In this document: positions 21,334 through 32,800 of the stretch, in pieces
How positions within the stretch are numbered: position 1 is the first letter of the stretch
Layout of the letters: every line of letters begins with the position of its first letter
Assembly: GCA_963675755.2 (NCBI GenBank)
Contig: CAXXMD010000003.1
Location: 1,504,001 to 1,568,000, forward strand
Source: a bacterium
Lineage (GTDB): Bacteria; Zhuqueibacterota; Zhuqueibacteria; Residuimicrobiales; Krinioviventaceae
DNA length: 64,000 bases
Direction of reading: 5' to 3'
The notes under the pieces: generated by a model
Seen by the model: the letters and a program-made list of their open reading frames with translations, nothing else
Told to the model about the DNA's origin: nothing
Databases searched by the model: none
Made by a program: the position numbers and the translations under genes

Positions 21334-21879
21334 ATGCGTGTAATATCCGGTCAGTTTAAAGGACATAAATTATTTACTCCCAAAGATCAATGGATCAGGC
21401 CAACTACAGACAGAACACGCGAGTTTTTATTCTCGTATCTGAATGATAAAATAAACCAGGCCCACGTTCTTGATTTATTTGCAGGTACTGGCAGTTTTGG
21501 AATTGAAGCCCTAAGCAGACATGCTGCCTCGGTTGTTTTTGTAGACCAGTCAAATGTTGCCTGCGAGTTGGTTCAAAAAAACCTGGATAAAGTGAGAGCG
21601 CAGGCAAAGGTTTATAGAAAAAATGCCAAGGCATTTCTACTTCAAGAGCACGCAATTCAACAACAATATGATATTGTATTTTGTGATCCTCCTTATCGGT
21701 TTGAATATAAACAGAAATTGTTACAGTTGATTTTAGATCAAAATGTTTTAACTCCGGAAGGTCTTGTTATTTACGAGTCTGATGCAAAAGAAGATGTTCC
21801 GGTTCCGGATGGAATGATTGTCATTAAAGAAAAAAAAATGGGAACAACCAAAATAACAGTGTTGAAAAAAGATGACTGA
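21334..21879 (+). CDS. rsmD: 16S rRNA m2G966 methyltransferase RsmD
   Basis: MRVISG..KG, IRPTTDR.RE.LF, LDLFAGTG..GIEALSR, DPPY. Confidence 0.93.
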   Translation: MRVISGQFKGHKLFTPKDQWIRPTTDRTREFLFSYLNDKINQAHVLDLFAGTGSFGIEALSRHAASVVFVDQSNVACELVQKNLDKVRAQAKVYRKNAKAFLLQEHAIQQQYDIVFCDPPYRFEYKQKLLQLILDQNVLTPEGLVIYESDAKEDVPVPDGMIVIKEKKMGTTKITVLKKDD

Positions 21880-22369
21880 GCATATAGATAAAATTGCTAT
21901 TTACCCGGGTTCGTTTGATCCTATAACAAACGGACATATTGATATTATTAAGCGGGCCAGTCTCATGTTCGACAAGGTTATTGTCGCGGTTGCTCAGAAT
22001 AAGAATAAAAAACCCCTGTTTTCTGAACAGGAACGTGTGGAAATGATTCGCGATTCGATTGTTGAAATCCCCCATGTTTCAGTTGACAGTTTTCAGGGAT
22101 TACTTGTAAAGTATGCCCAGGAGACCGGGTCTATTGCTATCATTAGAGGTCTTCGGGCTGTTTCAGATTTTGAATATGAATTTCAAATGGCGTTGATGAA
22201 TCGTAAACTGGCTAAAGATATTATTACGGTTTTTTTAATGCCGCATGAAAGATATAGTTATTTGAATTCAAGTATAGTTAAAGAATTGGCGATGTTAGAC
22301 GGGGATATTGATTGTTTTGTGCCCGTACATGTGAAAGAAAAATTATTAGAAAAGATGAGGAACCAATGA
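21872..22369 (+). CDS. coaD: Phosphopantetheine adenylyltransferase
   Basis: [31 protein letters not shown]. Confidence 0.97.
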   Translation: MTEHIDKIAIYPGSFDPITNGHIDIIKRASLMFDKVIVAVAQNKNKKPLFSEQERVEMIRDSIVEIPHVSVDSFQGLLVKYAQETGSIAIIRGLRAVSDFEYEFQMALMNRKLAKDIITVFLMPHERYSYLNSSIVKELAMLDGDIDCFVPVHVKEKLLEKMRNQ

Positions 22370-23340
22370 AAGTATTGCAGCAAATTCAACAAAAAGCGCA
22401 GCAGAATCTGAAACCGATTTTGTTTCCGGAAGCTGAAGATGAGCGCGTTTTAAAAGCGGTAGAGATTTGTCATCAAAATAAATATGTAATTCCTATTTTG
22501 GTTGGGAACAAACAGAATGTTTCTGAAGCAGCTAAAGCAGCAGGTGTTGATATTTCTCTTTATGAATTGATTGATCCCGAAACTGATGATAAACGCGGCG
22601 AATATATTGAAGAGTATTATAATTTGCGTAAACACAAAGGTATGACTCACGAAAAAGCAGAAAAGATTATTGCCAATCCTTTGTTTTATTCAGCAATGAT
22701 GGTACGCAAGGGTAGAGCACATGCCAGTGTAGCCGGTGCCGTCAATACTACTGCAAATGTACTTCGTTCAGGTATTCACATTATTGGTGTTAAAGAGGGT
22801 TTCAAGGTTGTCTCTAGTACATTCCTGATGGTTCTTCCTGATGGCCGTGCGTTAACCTATGCAGATTGCGGTGTTGTACCGAATCCCAATTCAGAAGAAT
22901 TGGCAGACATTGCCATTGCTTCTGCGCAAACCCACCAGGAGCTGACCGGTGAAGAACCTGTTGTAGCGTTGTTGTCTTTTTCTACCAAGGGCAGTGCTCA
23001 ACATCCTGATGTTGATAAGGTTATCAAGGCGGTAGAAATTGCACAAGAAAGAAGACCCGATCTGGCGCTTGACGGTGAATTACAGGCAGATGCCGCTTTG
23101 ATTGAAGCCATTGGCCGTAAAAAATCACCAGACAGTAAAGTTGCCGGAAGAGCTAATGTATTGATCTTTCCCGATCTAGGAGCCGGAAATATTGCGTATA
23201 AATTAACTGAACGTTTGGCGGGTGCTGTAGCGTTAGGTCCATTGATTCAGGGACTTGCTAAACCTGCTAACGATTTGTCACGCGGTTGCAGTACGGATGA
23301 TATTGTTACCGTTGCTTGTATCAGCAGTATTAGAACATAA
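22366..23340 (+). CDS. pta: Phosphate acetyltransferase
   Basis: Start reassigned to ATG 22366 (ATGA overlap with coaD stop); [41 protein letters not shown]. Confidence 0.93.
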   Translation: MKVLQQIQQKAQQNLKPILFPEAEDERVLKAVEICHQNKYVIPILVGNKQNVSEAAKAAGVDISLYELIDPETDDKRGEYIEEYYNLRKHKGMTHEKAEKIIANPLFYSAMMVRKGRAHASVAGAVNTTANVLRSGIHIIGVKEGFKVVSSTFLMVLPDGRALTYADCGVVPNPNSEELADIAIASAQTHQELTGEEPVVALLSFSTKGSAQHPDVDKVIKAVEIAQERRPDLALDGELQADAALIEAIGRKKSPDSKVAGRANVLIFPDLGAGNIAYKLTERLAGAVALGPLIQGLAKPANDLSRGCSTDDIVTVACISSIRT

Positions 23341-23371
23341 TTTATTTTATATAGATAAAAAGGAGATCGAT

Positions 23372-24556
23372 ATGCCTCATATTTCAAAACGATTATCTCA
23401 GATCAGCGAGTCTCAAACCGTAGCATTGAATGGTCTTATGGCTAAAATGAAACGGGAAGGCAAAGATGTAGTAGCATTGGGTGCGGGTGAACCGGATTTT
23501 GATACTCCGGACCATATTAAAGATGCCGCGATTGAATCTATTAAAGCCGGCTTTACAAAGTATACCCCTGCAGATGGTTTGATGGATCTGCGTGAAGCAA
23601 TTTGTGACTGGATCAAAAACGAATATGGGGCAGAATATCAGCCAAATGAAGTGGTTGTTACCTGTGGCGCCAAACACGCGGTATATGAAGGTATACTGTC
23701 TGTTACTGATCCTGGTGATGAAATTTTGTTACCAGCACCGTATTGGGTGAGTTATCCTGAACAAATTAAAATGGCAGGTGGTGTTGCCAAGATTTTAGAA
23801 ACCAGTCAGGAAAACGGTTTAAAAATTACACCCGAACAGTTAAAAAGTGCGATAACAGATAAAACCCGTCTGCTGATATTGAATTCTCCCAGTAATCCCT
23901 CTGGTGCTGTATACAACAAGGAAGAGATAGAGGCTCTGGTTAAAGTGATCAAGGAAACCGGTATTTATGTCATGTCTGATGAAATTTATGATATGATTAT
24001 ATACGACAACATGGAATACACCAGTCTTACACAATACCCTGAAATTCGTGATCAGCTCTTGCTGGTGAATGGTGTTTCCAAAAGTTTTGCAATGACCGGC
24101 TGGAGAATTGGCTTTCTAGCTGCGCATAAAGACTTGATTACCGCAGTAAAAAAATACCAGGGACACAGTACATCGAATCCTACTTCTATCTCTCAAAAAG
24201 CAGCACTGGCAGGATACAATGGTCAAAAGGATTTCCTGAAAGAAATGAACAAGGCGTTTACCGAACGTCGTAATTATGTACATAAACGATTGAATGATAT
24301 GGAAGGTGTAAAGTGTATGATGCCGCAAGGTGCATTCTATGCTTTTCCGGATTTTTCATATTATTTTGGTAAAAAGAACATCAATTCATCAATTGATTTG
24401 TGCGGTTATCTGCTTGAAGAATTTAATGTAGCAATTGTACCAGGTGTTGCTTTTGGTGTAGATACAAATGCCCGGTTGTCATTTGCAACATCTATGGAAA
24501 TGTTGGAAAAAGCGCTTGACCGAATTGAGGATGGGTTGAAATCATTATTGAAGTGA
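23372..24556 (+). CDS. aspC: Class I PLP-dependent aminotransferase (aspartate aminotransferase-like)
   Basis: AGGAG RBS and ATG 23372; GEPDF, PYWVSY, NSPSNPSG, SDEIY, SKSFAMTGWRIG. Confidence 0.88.
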   Translation: MPHISKRLSQISESQTVALNGLMAKMKREGKDVVALGAGEPDFDTPDHIKDAAIESIKAGFTKYTPADGLMDLREAICDWIKNEYGAEYQPNEVVVTCGAKHAVYEGILSVTDPGDEILLPAPYWVSYPEQIKMAGGVAKILETSQENGLKITPEQLKSAITDKTRLLILNSPSNPSGAVYNKEEIEALVKVIKETGIYVMSDEIYDMIIYDNMEYTSLTQYPEIRDQLLLVNGVSKSFAMTGWRIGFLAAHKDLITAVKKYQGHSTSNPTSISQKAALAGYNGQKDFLKEMNKAFTERRNYVHKRLNDMEGVKCMMPQGAFYAFPDFSYYFGKKNINSSIDLCGYLLEEFNVAIVPGVAFGVDTNARLSFATSMEMLEKALDRIEDGLKSLLK

Positions 24557-24566
24557 GGTCAGAATA

Positions 24567-24836
24567 ATGCCAACCTATGAATATGTGTGTCGTGCTTGTG
24601 GACACGAATTTGAAAAATTTCAAAGCATAACGGCCGATCCTGTCAAGGTTTGTCCTGTGTGTAAAGAGGAACAGGTACAAAAACGGATTAGCGGTGGGAA
24701 CGGTCTTATATTTAAAGGATCCGGATTTTATATAACGGATTATAAAAATTCCAAAACATCAACTGGCTCCAAGGCTGAAAAGAAACCTGAAAAAAAAGCC
24801 AAGGAAGAAAAGAAACCAACCGCAAAAACCGAATAG
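24567..24836 (+). CDS. FmdB-family zinc-ribbon protein
   Basis: MPTYEY.C..CGH.FE, CPVC, FKGSGFYITDY. Confidence 0.9.
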   Translation: MPTYEYVCRACGHEFEKFQSITADPVKVCPVCKEEQVQKRISGGNGLIFKGSGFYITDYKNSKTSTGSKAEKKPEKKAKEEKKPTAKTE

Positions 24837-24847
24837 TTTTGGTGTAA

Positions 24848-25981
24848 ATGCAAAATATCGGTCTAAATAGTAATTTAAAACTGGGTGAAAAAACGTTTCA
24901 CATTCAAACCAGTTTTCATGCAGATACGCTTAAAATAAGCGCCGGAATCTTTGACGGGGGCACTGTTATTGATCAACGTGAAAGATCGTTGGATACAGAT
25001 GTGCCCCCGGTTCAGTATGGTCAAGAGTTAAAGGTCTTTCACGAGTATATTATTTCTGATCTTGAAATGCTTTTTGCTATTGCTGAACGGGCCGAGGCTT
25101 CTGAACATATACCTTCAAGGAAAAGTCTGGGAACCCTGTATTTGAAAAAAGGGTTTGTAGATCATGCCATAGAACAGTTTCAATATATTAGAGAGCAGAC
25201 CAAAGGGGAGCAGCATTGCAATTTTGAACTGGGGCAGTGTTTTCATGAAAAGGGTGATTATGATAAAGCCCTGGAATATTTACAGGCAGCCGTAATTGAT
25301 ACCAATCAATATGCGGATCTCCACCTGATTTTAGCGGATACATATCGGGAATTAAAAAGTTATAAATTTTCTATAAACCATATTGAAAAAGCAATTAATA
25401 TCAATGAACAATATCACGAAGCTTATTTTCTATATGCGCTCATACTTTTAGAAAGTATTATAGAGGTTCCACATTATTCAAGAATGAGCAGTCCTGAAAA
25501 CCGATTAAAGCAAGCACTTGATTTTTTAAACAAGGCAATTTCATTATCACCGCGGTATGATAATCATTTGTTGGAAGCCGTACTGGAATTGTTCAATGAT
25601 TCGAAAAACATTGAACAGGCAATCTCGCTCATGGTGCGCGAGAGAAACAAACAACGGTTATGGAAAAAACAACAAGTTGATGATTCTGAATTTTATCTTA
25701 AATTCATGTTTGCGGGTTTGGATCAGGATGAACAGGGGGTAGACCACTATATTCATTCCATCGAAAAAATGATTCAGGACCATCCGGAATATGCGGATCT
25801 GCATTTTAGTTTGGGTAAAGCATATCTGGTCAAAACCTGGCATTTTTTAACAAAATCCAGCAATGCCATTCAAAATGCGGTAGAGCAGAATCCGGAATAT
25901 ATCAAGGCCCAAAAGACGTTAAGACTATTGGAAAATGATAAAAAGGGATTTTTAAATTTATTAAAAACGGTTCTGGAATAA
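24848..25981 (+). CDS. Cytoplasmic TPR protein with a distinct N-terminal domain
   Basis: TPR repeats (YADLH..L, HPEYADLHFSLGKAYL, NPEY.KA); N-terminal GLNSNLKLGEKTFHIQT. Confidence 0.75.
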   Translation: MQNIGLNSNLKLGEKTFHIQTSFHADTLKISAGIFDGGTVIDQRERSLDTDVPPVQYGQELKVFHEYIISDLEMLFAIAERAEASEHIPSRKSLGTLYLKKGFVDHAIEQFQYIREQTKGEQHCNFELGQCFHEKGDYDKALEYLQAAVIDTNQYADLHLILADTYRELKSYKFSINHIEKAININEQYHEAYFLYALILLESIIEVPHYSRMSSPENRLKQALDFLNKAISLSPRYDNHLLEAVLELFNDSKNIEQAISLMVRERNKQRLWKKQQVDDSEFYLKFMFAGLDQDEQGVDHYIHSIEKMIQDHPEYADLHFSLGKAYLVKTWHFLTKSSNAIQNAVEQNPEYIKAQKTLRLLENDKKGFLNLLKTVLE

Positions 25982-26338
25982 CTGCCGCTGCGTTATCAAA
26001 ACTAATCCTCCATTCTGTGATATCGGTCATGATTTTGATTATAAAACAGTCTATCTTTTTACGTATATAGATCGGAATGATGGTACTGTCAGAATTAAAT
26101 AAGAGGGTCAAAATCCATATTTGTGTTTTGATAGAAAATCTGGCATTATGTTTGCGTTTAAGTAGCTGTTTTGTCAAAAAACATGAGGAAAAGGGTAATT
26201 TCGCATGAAAAAAGACATCAAAAAAAGGAAAAAATGACCCCCATAGGAAAATAGTACTTGTTTTATATGCATTGTTTTCATTAACTTTACAAGTTAAAGT
26301 AAAACTTTAAGTGTTAACCATAAAGGTGAAATTTTATC

Positions 26339-26803
26339 ATGAAAACCTGTAAAACAACATTTTTTATCATACTGGTACTCGTTTTGAGTCAGAGTGTATT
26401 ATCTCAGCAACTGGTGTCCGTTTCTGCAACACAATTACAACCCGGAAAGCAAGCCGGGTACACATTTGTAATCGAAACGGAACAGGACCTGTCTGCAAAT
26501 GCAGTGGTTCGCATTGATTTTCCGTCAGAATTTTTGCTGGACAATGTCAAGATGGCAGCGTCTTCATCTTTTACCGGCGGTTTGGATGTGGTTGTAGATA
26601 ACAACACAGTTGAATTACAAAGAAAGGGTTTGGGAGAGGTGGCTCCGGCAGGTCAGTTGGATTTTTATGTGGCTGCTGTTAATAATCCAAATGACATGGA
26701 GCAGGATTATCAATTCAACGTAACCATTCTTGATAATGATCAGGAACTTGCCAACGGAACGTTTCAAACAAGAATACAACAACAAGAAAATTCAAACCAA
26801 TAA
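26339..26803 (+). CDS. Small secreted beta-rich hypothetical protein, paralogous to the N-terminal domain of the next gene
   Basis: Signal peptide; shares G.QA.Y, F.SEF.L, GG, R.G.G and NP motifs with aa ~25-133 of the 3161-aa protein. Confidence 0.75.
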   Translation: MKTCKTTFFIILVLVLSQSVLSQQLVSVSATQLQPGKQAGYTFVIETEQDLSANAVVRIDFPSEFLLDNVKMAASSSFTGGLDVVVDNNTVELQRKGLGEVAPAGQLDFYVAAVNNPNDMEQDYQFNVTILDNDQELANGTFQTRIQQQENSNQ

Positions 26804-26838
26804 AAATGTTTTATTGAGAGAATCTAGAGGATTTATCT

Positions 26839-29800
26839 GTGAAAACAAAAACTCGTATATATATCGGTCTTTTTGTATTGCTGTTTGCGGTACAAACTTT
26901 TGCTAGTATTGTAACACTTGATATCACACCCAGTGACACTGAATATGGGCAACAGGCATTGTATGAGTTACAGTATACTGCTGCCCAACCGGGTCAGGTG
27001 ATTTCAAGTACAGATTGGTTCGAATTTACATTTACTTCGGAATTTAATCTTGCATACCTCACAGCTATTACATTTCCAAACACGAATCCGGAATCTTATG
27101 GTGGGTTTGAACCTACCTGGAATTTTGTCAATAATGCCTCGGGCCAGCAAACAATAAGGGTGAGACGTGATGGTACGGGAACTACTATTGATCCTGGCGA
27201 TCAGGTTACGATTTATTTATCCATGATTACCAATCCTGAAAATCCGACTCCAGTTGATCAGATAAGTTTTGCAACATATAAAGATTCAGATGCGACAGAT
27301 TCAAACCCATTTTCTGATCCTGTTGATCAATCAAACCCTACAACAGTTGTCCTACAAGGACCTATTGTATCTTTTGATCTTTATACGGCTGCTGCATCCA
27401 TTACTGCCGGTTCTGCTTTTCCGTTACAGGTTATTAATGCGGTTGATGGGCATGGTAACCCAGCCGGTATACCCGCAGCTATACCGGCTGACAATGTAAA
27501 TGAACGGACGGTAAGAATAGAGTTAACTTCTGACCAAACCGCACCTGATGGTACCGCACCGGTTGTTGCAGATATTATCGTTGAAAATGGTACTGGTTCT
27601 GCCGGGCAGACTTTGTATAATGCAGCTACCAATGTGCAATTTGTTGGAACGCTTTTAACCGATCCTACGGTTACAGATAATATAAATATTACTACTGTTA
27701 ATAATGCGGCAGTAGATCACCTGGAGATGACAGGGTATCCTGCAACTATAGATGCTACAGATACGTTTCCAAACCCGGTTGTTGTAACCGCTCAGGATGT
27801 GTATAACAATACCGTAACCAATTATACGGGTACGGTATCTTTTACGACGACATCAACACGTTATACACTTCCTAACGCCTATACATTTGTTTCAGGAGAT
27901 TTGGGGCAAAGAAGCTTTTCGGGTATTCGTTTACAGGATTCAGGTAACCAGACAATAACCGTAAATGATGGAACACGCTCAACCACTTCAGATATCATTG
28001 TAGTTAATGGTGGTAACCTGGCTTTATTTACGTTTGGTGTAAGCCCGGCGTTAGCTATTGCCGGTGAACCGGTTACGCTATCAATAACCGGTGCGCAAGA
28101 CGCTTCGGGAAATCCATTGAACGAATCATTCACACTTGCATTTGATGATGCCGGCTCACATACATCTCCAAATGGAGAAACCCCGGTTTTGCCAAGTGTA
28201 TTGAATGTTGTGAATGGCTCAGGCAGTGTTCAGATAAATCTTTTCAATGCAGAACTGTCTCTTACTATTAACGCAACAGCAAACTCCATTACCCGATCTG
28301 TAAACTTTGATGTGCAACCGGGATCACTTGAAGAATTTGATCTTGCCGGTGTACCGGTATCTGTTGACAGCGGTGCAACGTTTACAAATGCTATTACAGT
28401 TACTGCTCTTGATGATTTTGGTAATGTTAAAACCAACTATACCGGAACCGTTCAATTTACTTCTACTGATACAAAGGTTGAAGTAGATTTGCCAAGCAGT
28501 ACCACGTTGTTTAATGGTGTTCGTGCTTTTCCGGGTGCAGATTTTTCTTTACATACGGTTGGTAATCAGACCATTACTGTTGCAGATATTTCGGCTGGTG
28601 TGGCAACCGAATCAAATTATATCCAGGTGAAAAGCATACCCACGGATATTGAAATAGTCAGTATAACACCGTCACAAACAACGGTAACCCAGGGACAAAC
28701 GGCAGACTGGACGGTCGCAATTGTAGTTAGAAATAACAGTACAACAACACCCATCCAATTGTCAAGTAATTCTACACAATCTTATATTCAGTTTAAACGA
28801 GGTACTGTAGATACCGGATATGATATTACCGGTCCTACGGGAACGTTTTCTATTCCTGCAACAGGAACAACAACCCTGACCTATACAGTAAGTGAAACCG
28901 GTACAATGACCGGAACACTTGATATATTTGCACGTGTTGCAACAATAAGCGGTGATCATACCACTTCAACTTTGGATGAAGTTTACAGTGGTGTTGAAGT
29001 GCAAACTCCTGAGAATATTCAGATCGTTTCCGCAACACCTTCTCAGCCTGAAGTTGTGGCGGGTGATGATACACACAGTTGGACTGTTGAGGTTGAAGTT
29101 GAAAATACCGGCGGTAGTACCGTTGACTTTGATTTTTCACGTACATCACTTGTTTCTTCCGCACAGGTCACGCACACCCGTCCATCAGCATTTACTGACC
29201 TGAGTACCACCCTGGCACCGGACGAGTCAAAAACCATGGTTTTTACTGTTACAGAAAATGGTTCCACAACCGGAACTCATAATTTGAATGTAAGACTCAG
29301 TTACCAGGTTCAGAATACACTGGAAGTAAAAGAACCAACTGTTAGCAGTGGCGCTTCGGTAGATGTTGTGAGCGCTTCCAATTTACAGATAACAGATATT
29401 ACACCATCTCGAACTACTATTTCAATCGGTAGTTCAACAGAATGGGATATTACCGTTGACCTCTCAAATAATGGCGGTTCTGATGTAGAAATTGATTTAA
29501 CCCAGGCATATACATGGATTAAATTCTATTCTGCATCAGCCCAGGAACTGAACGATGTTGATCTTACTTGGCCAACGGAATTGGAAATTGCCGGAGGTAC
29601 AACACTGGCTGCAGGATCAACAGATCAATTGATTTTCCATGTTACATCCAATACCTTTACTTCCGGTACCATGAATATTGTCGGTCGGGTTCAGGGTACT
29701 GAAGCTAACCGGAGTTTGGTGATTAGTGATGTAACTGTTGCGAATGACGGTGTTTCCGGAACGGTTGTTATGCAGACACCGCCAAACGTTACCTATGTAA

Positions 29801-32800
29801 GCGGTTCATTGCAACCCCGCAGTGTTTTTCCGGGAACAGCAGCCGATTTTCAGGTTAGCGTTAGCAACTCTGGTGGTGCCACTGTTCAACTGGATGAAGA
29901 ACAAACCACAATAGAGTTTAGTGATGCAGTTAACGGCGGCAGCCATGTTTTTTCTGCCACCCTGGATCCCGGTTATGGAACCACCATTGGTCCCGGAACC
30001 ACAACATTGCATTTTAACAGCAAGAATGTTCCTTCAGAATTTATATCTAATGACAGCTATCCTGTAACGATTTCACTGAATGGTGTTGAAAACGGCAGTG
30101 TTTATACTCGTTCACTTACACCAGGCAGCGATCTGGTAACCGTTGGTGAACCGGGAGATTTGACTGTTACCGGAATTCGCACCAGTACCGGCTCTGTCAC
30201 GGTTGGCCAGACCAACAGCTGGACGGCGGTGATAACTGTTGAGAATAACGATATCAGTGATATGCGTTTGCAGGATGTATCACTGGCTTTTAATTACAGT
30301 ACAGATGATGTAACCAATTATTTTACTTATACGCCTGCTACCACATTTTTAGGTAGCGGCACCGCAGTGCTGGCAAGTGATGGCCGGGACTCGATCAATG
30401 TAACCATCAGTGCCGTTTCTGCCAATGCACCCACTGGAGCCATTCTGGTTTCCACCGAAGTGAGCATGGTTGATGTAAATGATGCGGGTCGACAATTTAC
30501 TGATCAATTGTACAATGCTGCACAGATCATGTCACAGTCTCCGGCGGATATAGTTGTGAACAGTATCCGTTCAAGTCAGCCTACTATTACCCGTGGTCAA
30601 ACCGTACCATGGACTATTACAGCCAAAGTAACCAATACCGGACAAAGTGAGGTTCAACTCCGTACCGGTAGTCTGATTAATTTCAGCCGCGGCAATCAGT
30701 ATTTTACAGTTACCGCACCTACAGCGTTTAGTGGTAACGGTACAGCTAACCTGGTTGGCGGTGGCGTTGATAGTCTGGTCTTTACCGTAACCAACGTAAG
30801 CAGTTCCGTGTCTGTGGGGCCGTTTACCGTAAATGCAACAATACTTACAGACGAGTTGAACACCGGTCGGGATATACAAGACCAGTCAAGTTCAATATCT
30901 TTGAGTATTCAGGAAAATGCCAGCATCCGTATAGACAATGTATTTGCAGATTTGCGATCAAATACACTGGTTAACACAAACCAGGAATTTTATGTTCAGG
31001 CCCAGGTCAGCAATGTTGGTGGAAGTAACGGCGACATGGTTGAGTCTCTGGTTATTGATTTTACAGCTCAAAATAACGGTATTACCTTTCCTAATGGTAA
31101 TACGGTAACGCTTGATTCGGTTGATGTAAATCAATCCAAAATTACTACGCCGGGTATTCTGGTAAGAGCGCCCAACTTGTCCAACTTTAGAGATGTTGTG
31201 ATTGGTAATATTTCAAGTGCCATTGCAAGAAACACCGGCCAGTCTGCAAATATCGAATCACCACTCGATAACAGTGCCGAGTTTACTACACAAAATCCCG
31301 GTAATTTGGATGTGTTGAATGTAACAACAGAAAACGATACCATTGTTTCAGGCACACAGGCGCCATGGGCAATCAATGTTACCGTATCCAATACAGGCAC
31401 CGGTACAATTCTGCTCAAAAAACCACAGGATACCGATATCTCGATTAATCGTGAAGGTTATGTGATCAAGGCTTCTGAAATCTGGTCAGATTCTCTGTTA
31501 ACAGCGGGTGAAACCCAGGTATTGAATTACACGGTAACCAACACTCCTTCAGTGAGTGGAATCTTTACGGTTACTGCAAATATTCGTGCGCAAGACTGGA
31601 ATGATCCATCCATTTCAACCTTCACAGAATCAGGACAAACCCAGGTCTACTTTACAAAGACCTCAGCTGTAGGTATTACCGAAACTTATATTGATCCTGC
31701 AACACCGAACATTGATGAAGAGGGAGTAGGATTGGTTAATACCGGACAAACATTTAATGTTCGGGTAAAAATTGAAAACAAAGCAGACCAGGGACTTGAT
31801 TCCGTTCGGGTTAGGCTGTTATCTCAGCTCTCATCCGTGCAGGGTGAAATTCTGGTTGAAAATATTGGTTTTGGTGAAGATAAAGAAGGTGTATTTACCG
31901 TTATTGCAGATGATGCCCAAAACCTTGTTGGTGAAAAACTGAGATCCGAAATTGTTTATGCTTATGGACAGGACGGAACACAGTCCAAGATATCTCAGGC
32001 AGAAGATGATTCGGTTATGATTAAAATTTATAATCCGGCACAGTTGCAGATTGTAAGCACTAAAAATCTTGCACCAAATCCGGATAAAAAAGTAAGTCAG
32101 GGCCAGACATTCCCGGTTGAAGTCAAGGTGGCAAATTATGGTTCAGAAGCAGCCAAAGAAGTTCGCCTTTCTATGATGACTTCCAGCACGTTACATGCAA
32201 CCGTTCAGGAAACTCCATTGTATATTGAACAGGAAATAGCAGGTGGAGATACCGGAACCGTTGTATTTACATTACAGGCTGGTAACAGTACTGCTGCGGG
32301 TCTGGTAAATATTTATGCGTCACTGTTTGATGCTAAAGGCAAGAATGATAACCAACAACCGGATTTTCTGGATGGTGGTGATAACGATACAACTTTTGCC
32401 GACCTTGAAAAAGGCGCAGAGATGTTGATCTCTAATCTGGTTGCAGATGTAGATAATGGAGAAATCATTGCTAACTATAGCCAGGCGCCCTGGAACCTCT
32501 ATGTAGAGTTGTTCAATGATGGAGAAGCAGATGTTCAAATAACTGATCTTGGCAGCGAGAATATAACCTTTGTTGTTGACGGTCAGGCAGACAATACATA
32601 TGATGTTCGTCCACCGGTAAAATTACGCAGTTCTGGTGATTTAATTTTACGCGCCGGACAAACAGATACATTGGCCTTCAGTATAGCTGAAAATGGTGAA
32701 ATTGCCGGTAACGCGGTAATCAAAGTCAACATTCATGGTGAAGACATGAATGTGGGTTCAGCTAGTGATCTGCTGGCTATAGATTCTACAAATGTCTATG

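Noticed and set aside
22312-23371. ORF-track starts for pta (22312) and the aminotransferase (23255); likewise obgE (44172) and the nucleoside hydrolase (54914)
   Set aside because: The extensions overlap upstream genes or precede the conserved N-terminus; downstream ATGs with RBS or coupling fit better.
25902-26177. 91-aa - strand ORF in the gap before the giant-protein locus
   Set aside because: TTG start, overlaps the TPR gene end, no recognisable features; the gap is more likely regulatory.
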